From the NCBI GenBank assembly GCA_002189035.1, contig NEEC01000018.1:806001-870000 (forward strand): a stretch of DNA of 64,000 nt, given 5' to 3'. This document shows, piece after piece, positions 62,600-64,000 of this stretch (positions are counted from its first letter, which is position 1; each line of letters opens with the position of its first letter). Below the pieces are notes generated by a model. It saw nothing but the letters and a program-made list of their open reading frames with translations. It was not told the DNA's origin and made no database searches. The translations under genes and the position numbers were made by a program. Source of the DNA: Utricularia gibba (lineage: Eukaryota > Plantae > Magnoliophyta).

Positions 62600-63972
62600 C
62601 CACCGTTTCCACAGGCATAAAAGAAAATTTTGATTGGCATGATGCTAGAGCATAGAAATGTATTTGAAACTTGCCCTAGGGGAAGTGAAAAAGGAAAATA
62701 TACGAAATACATCATTTAATATAGAAGGATGGGAGAACCTTTAAAAAGGAATGAATACAGCACAAAATTATCAATTTGACATGATTCAGATCAAGAACAA
62801 GTGGAATACTCTTCGAAAATACTAAGGTTGGTATAGAGGATTGACCAAAATGACTGGGATAGGTTGGGGTGATGACGGTTGTACTATCAAGATGGATGCT
62901 GAGTGGTGGTATCTTCGTATTCAGGTTATTATGATTTTTTGTTGATCATTACTATCATTATTTTTATGAGTTTTGTTTTTAATAGCATACGGTTTCTTTG
63001 AGTATTGCTGGTTTTATTTATTTTTTTTTTTATTGATTTGTTTTGTTTGCTGATGATTTTGCATTCAATATTTATTGTTCTCTTTTTTTTTGCTCTAACA
63101 TTGCGAGTGGTTGGGCTTTCAAAGAATGCTGAAGCAATAAACTTGTATTTCCATTGAGGCTTCCTTTATTTCCCATTTTTTGCAACGATATGAATGTTTG
63201 TTTGTTTTCCATTTCTTGCATTAATGATAGAATTAATGGTGGATATTATATAACGGATGCTTATTATTGTAGTTATATTTTGTTTTGCTTTATTTGTTCA
63301 TTTATTTTCTATTATTCATGATATTATTTTGTTCATATAGGAAAATGCTCTTAATGCAAAATTCAAGGATATGCCTCTAATGTTTGCAGAATTATTGCAA
63401 AAGTTATTTGACCCTATTGTTGGGCATGCACCTGTTATGTTCCTAATGGTGGTTTGCAACAAAATAATTCAGAATCTGAAGAATTTGATGGTGAGAATGC
63501 ACCAACTATGAGTTTGAATGATATGGATCATATGGAGCTGCCTCAAAATGAAGACAGACAAGATCAATAATCTGCATGGACTCAAAAGCGAGCTAAGGTA
63601 AACCGCAGAAATAGTGATCGTATAGCTGCTTCTTCAGAAAGATGGGCAAAAGCTTCTGAGGCAATATCATCAGTGGTAATGAGAAAGGAAAAATTCTCTA
63701 TCGAAAATTGCATGAAGGTTTTGAATTCCACTGATAGTGTTATTGAAGGTAATGATGTGTGGCTCAAAGCTTTGGACTTGATTAAGAGTAATTCAAACCA
63801 AGAGATTTTTATGATGATCAAAAGTGATGAGGCACGTTTGCAATGGATAATGCATAGCTCATCAAGGCTTGATGGTGCTTCATCTGGAGCTTCATCTGGA
63901 GCTTCACCTGCATCTAATGGTAGGATGGGATATGACACTGATAGCTTTTATAATGATTCACTTTTTCATTAA
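62600..63972 (+). pseudogene. Second Harbinger-type Myb/SANT (L10-interacting MYB-like) ORF remnant
   Basis: KNKWNTLRKY...LTKMTGIGWGDDGCTIKMDAEWW at ~62790-62910, an intron, AKFKDMPLMFAELLQKLF, and FSIENCMKVLN...ALDLIK...EIFMMIKSDEARLQWI at the C-terminus. In-frame stops are present. Confidence 0.7.
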
Positions 63973-64000
63973 TGAGTATGAGACTTTGTAGCAGTGTAAC

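Noticed and set aside
1-64000. CRISPR arrays, rRNA, tRNA, organellar insertions
   Set aside because: No regularly spaced repeats or recognisable RNA genes were seen. The tRNA-Lys-like 18-mer at 29046 is a retroelement PBS.

Overview
Plant (angiosperm) nuclear genomic DNA. I could build seven protein-coding genes by hand from the ORF track and splice sites: an RBM24/38-type RRM protein (+), VQ9-like (-), a clade-A AHL17-like AT-hook/PPC protein (-), AP-4 mu subunit AP4M (-, 13 exons), GEM-like 1/FIP1 (-), kinesin-4 KIN4C (-, 27 exons) and a WAV3-like RING-vWA E3 ligase (+). AP4M is exactly 1 nt short, at a homopolymer, and has a GC-AG intron. The intergenic space is AT-rich and full of transposon debris: two decayed MuDR elements, Reina- and Tat-type Ty3 remnants, four solo LTRs with perfect or near-perfect target-site duplications (TSDs), PIF/Harbinger remnants and an orphan ClpB exon. 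The most notable feature is a MuDR/Mutator element at 50474-55482 with perfect 25-bp terminal inverted repeats (TIRs). It carries an apparently intact 5-exon, ~1020-aa transposase gene with an unusual C-terminal tail. I found no rRNA, tRNA, CRISPR or recognisable miRNA, and no clearly new multi-gene system. Family assignments rest on motif recognition from memory; no database search was run.
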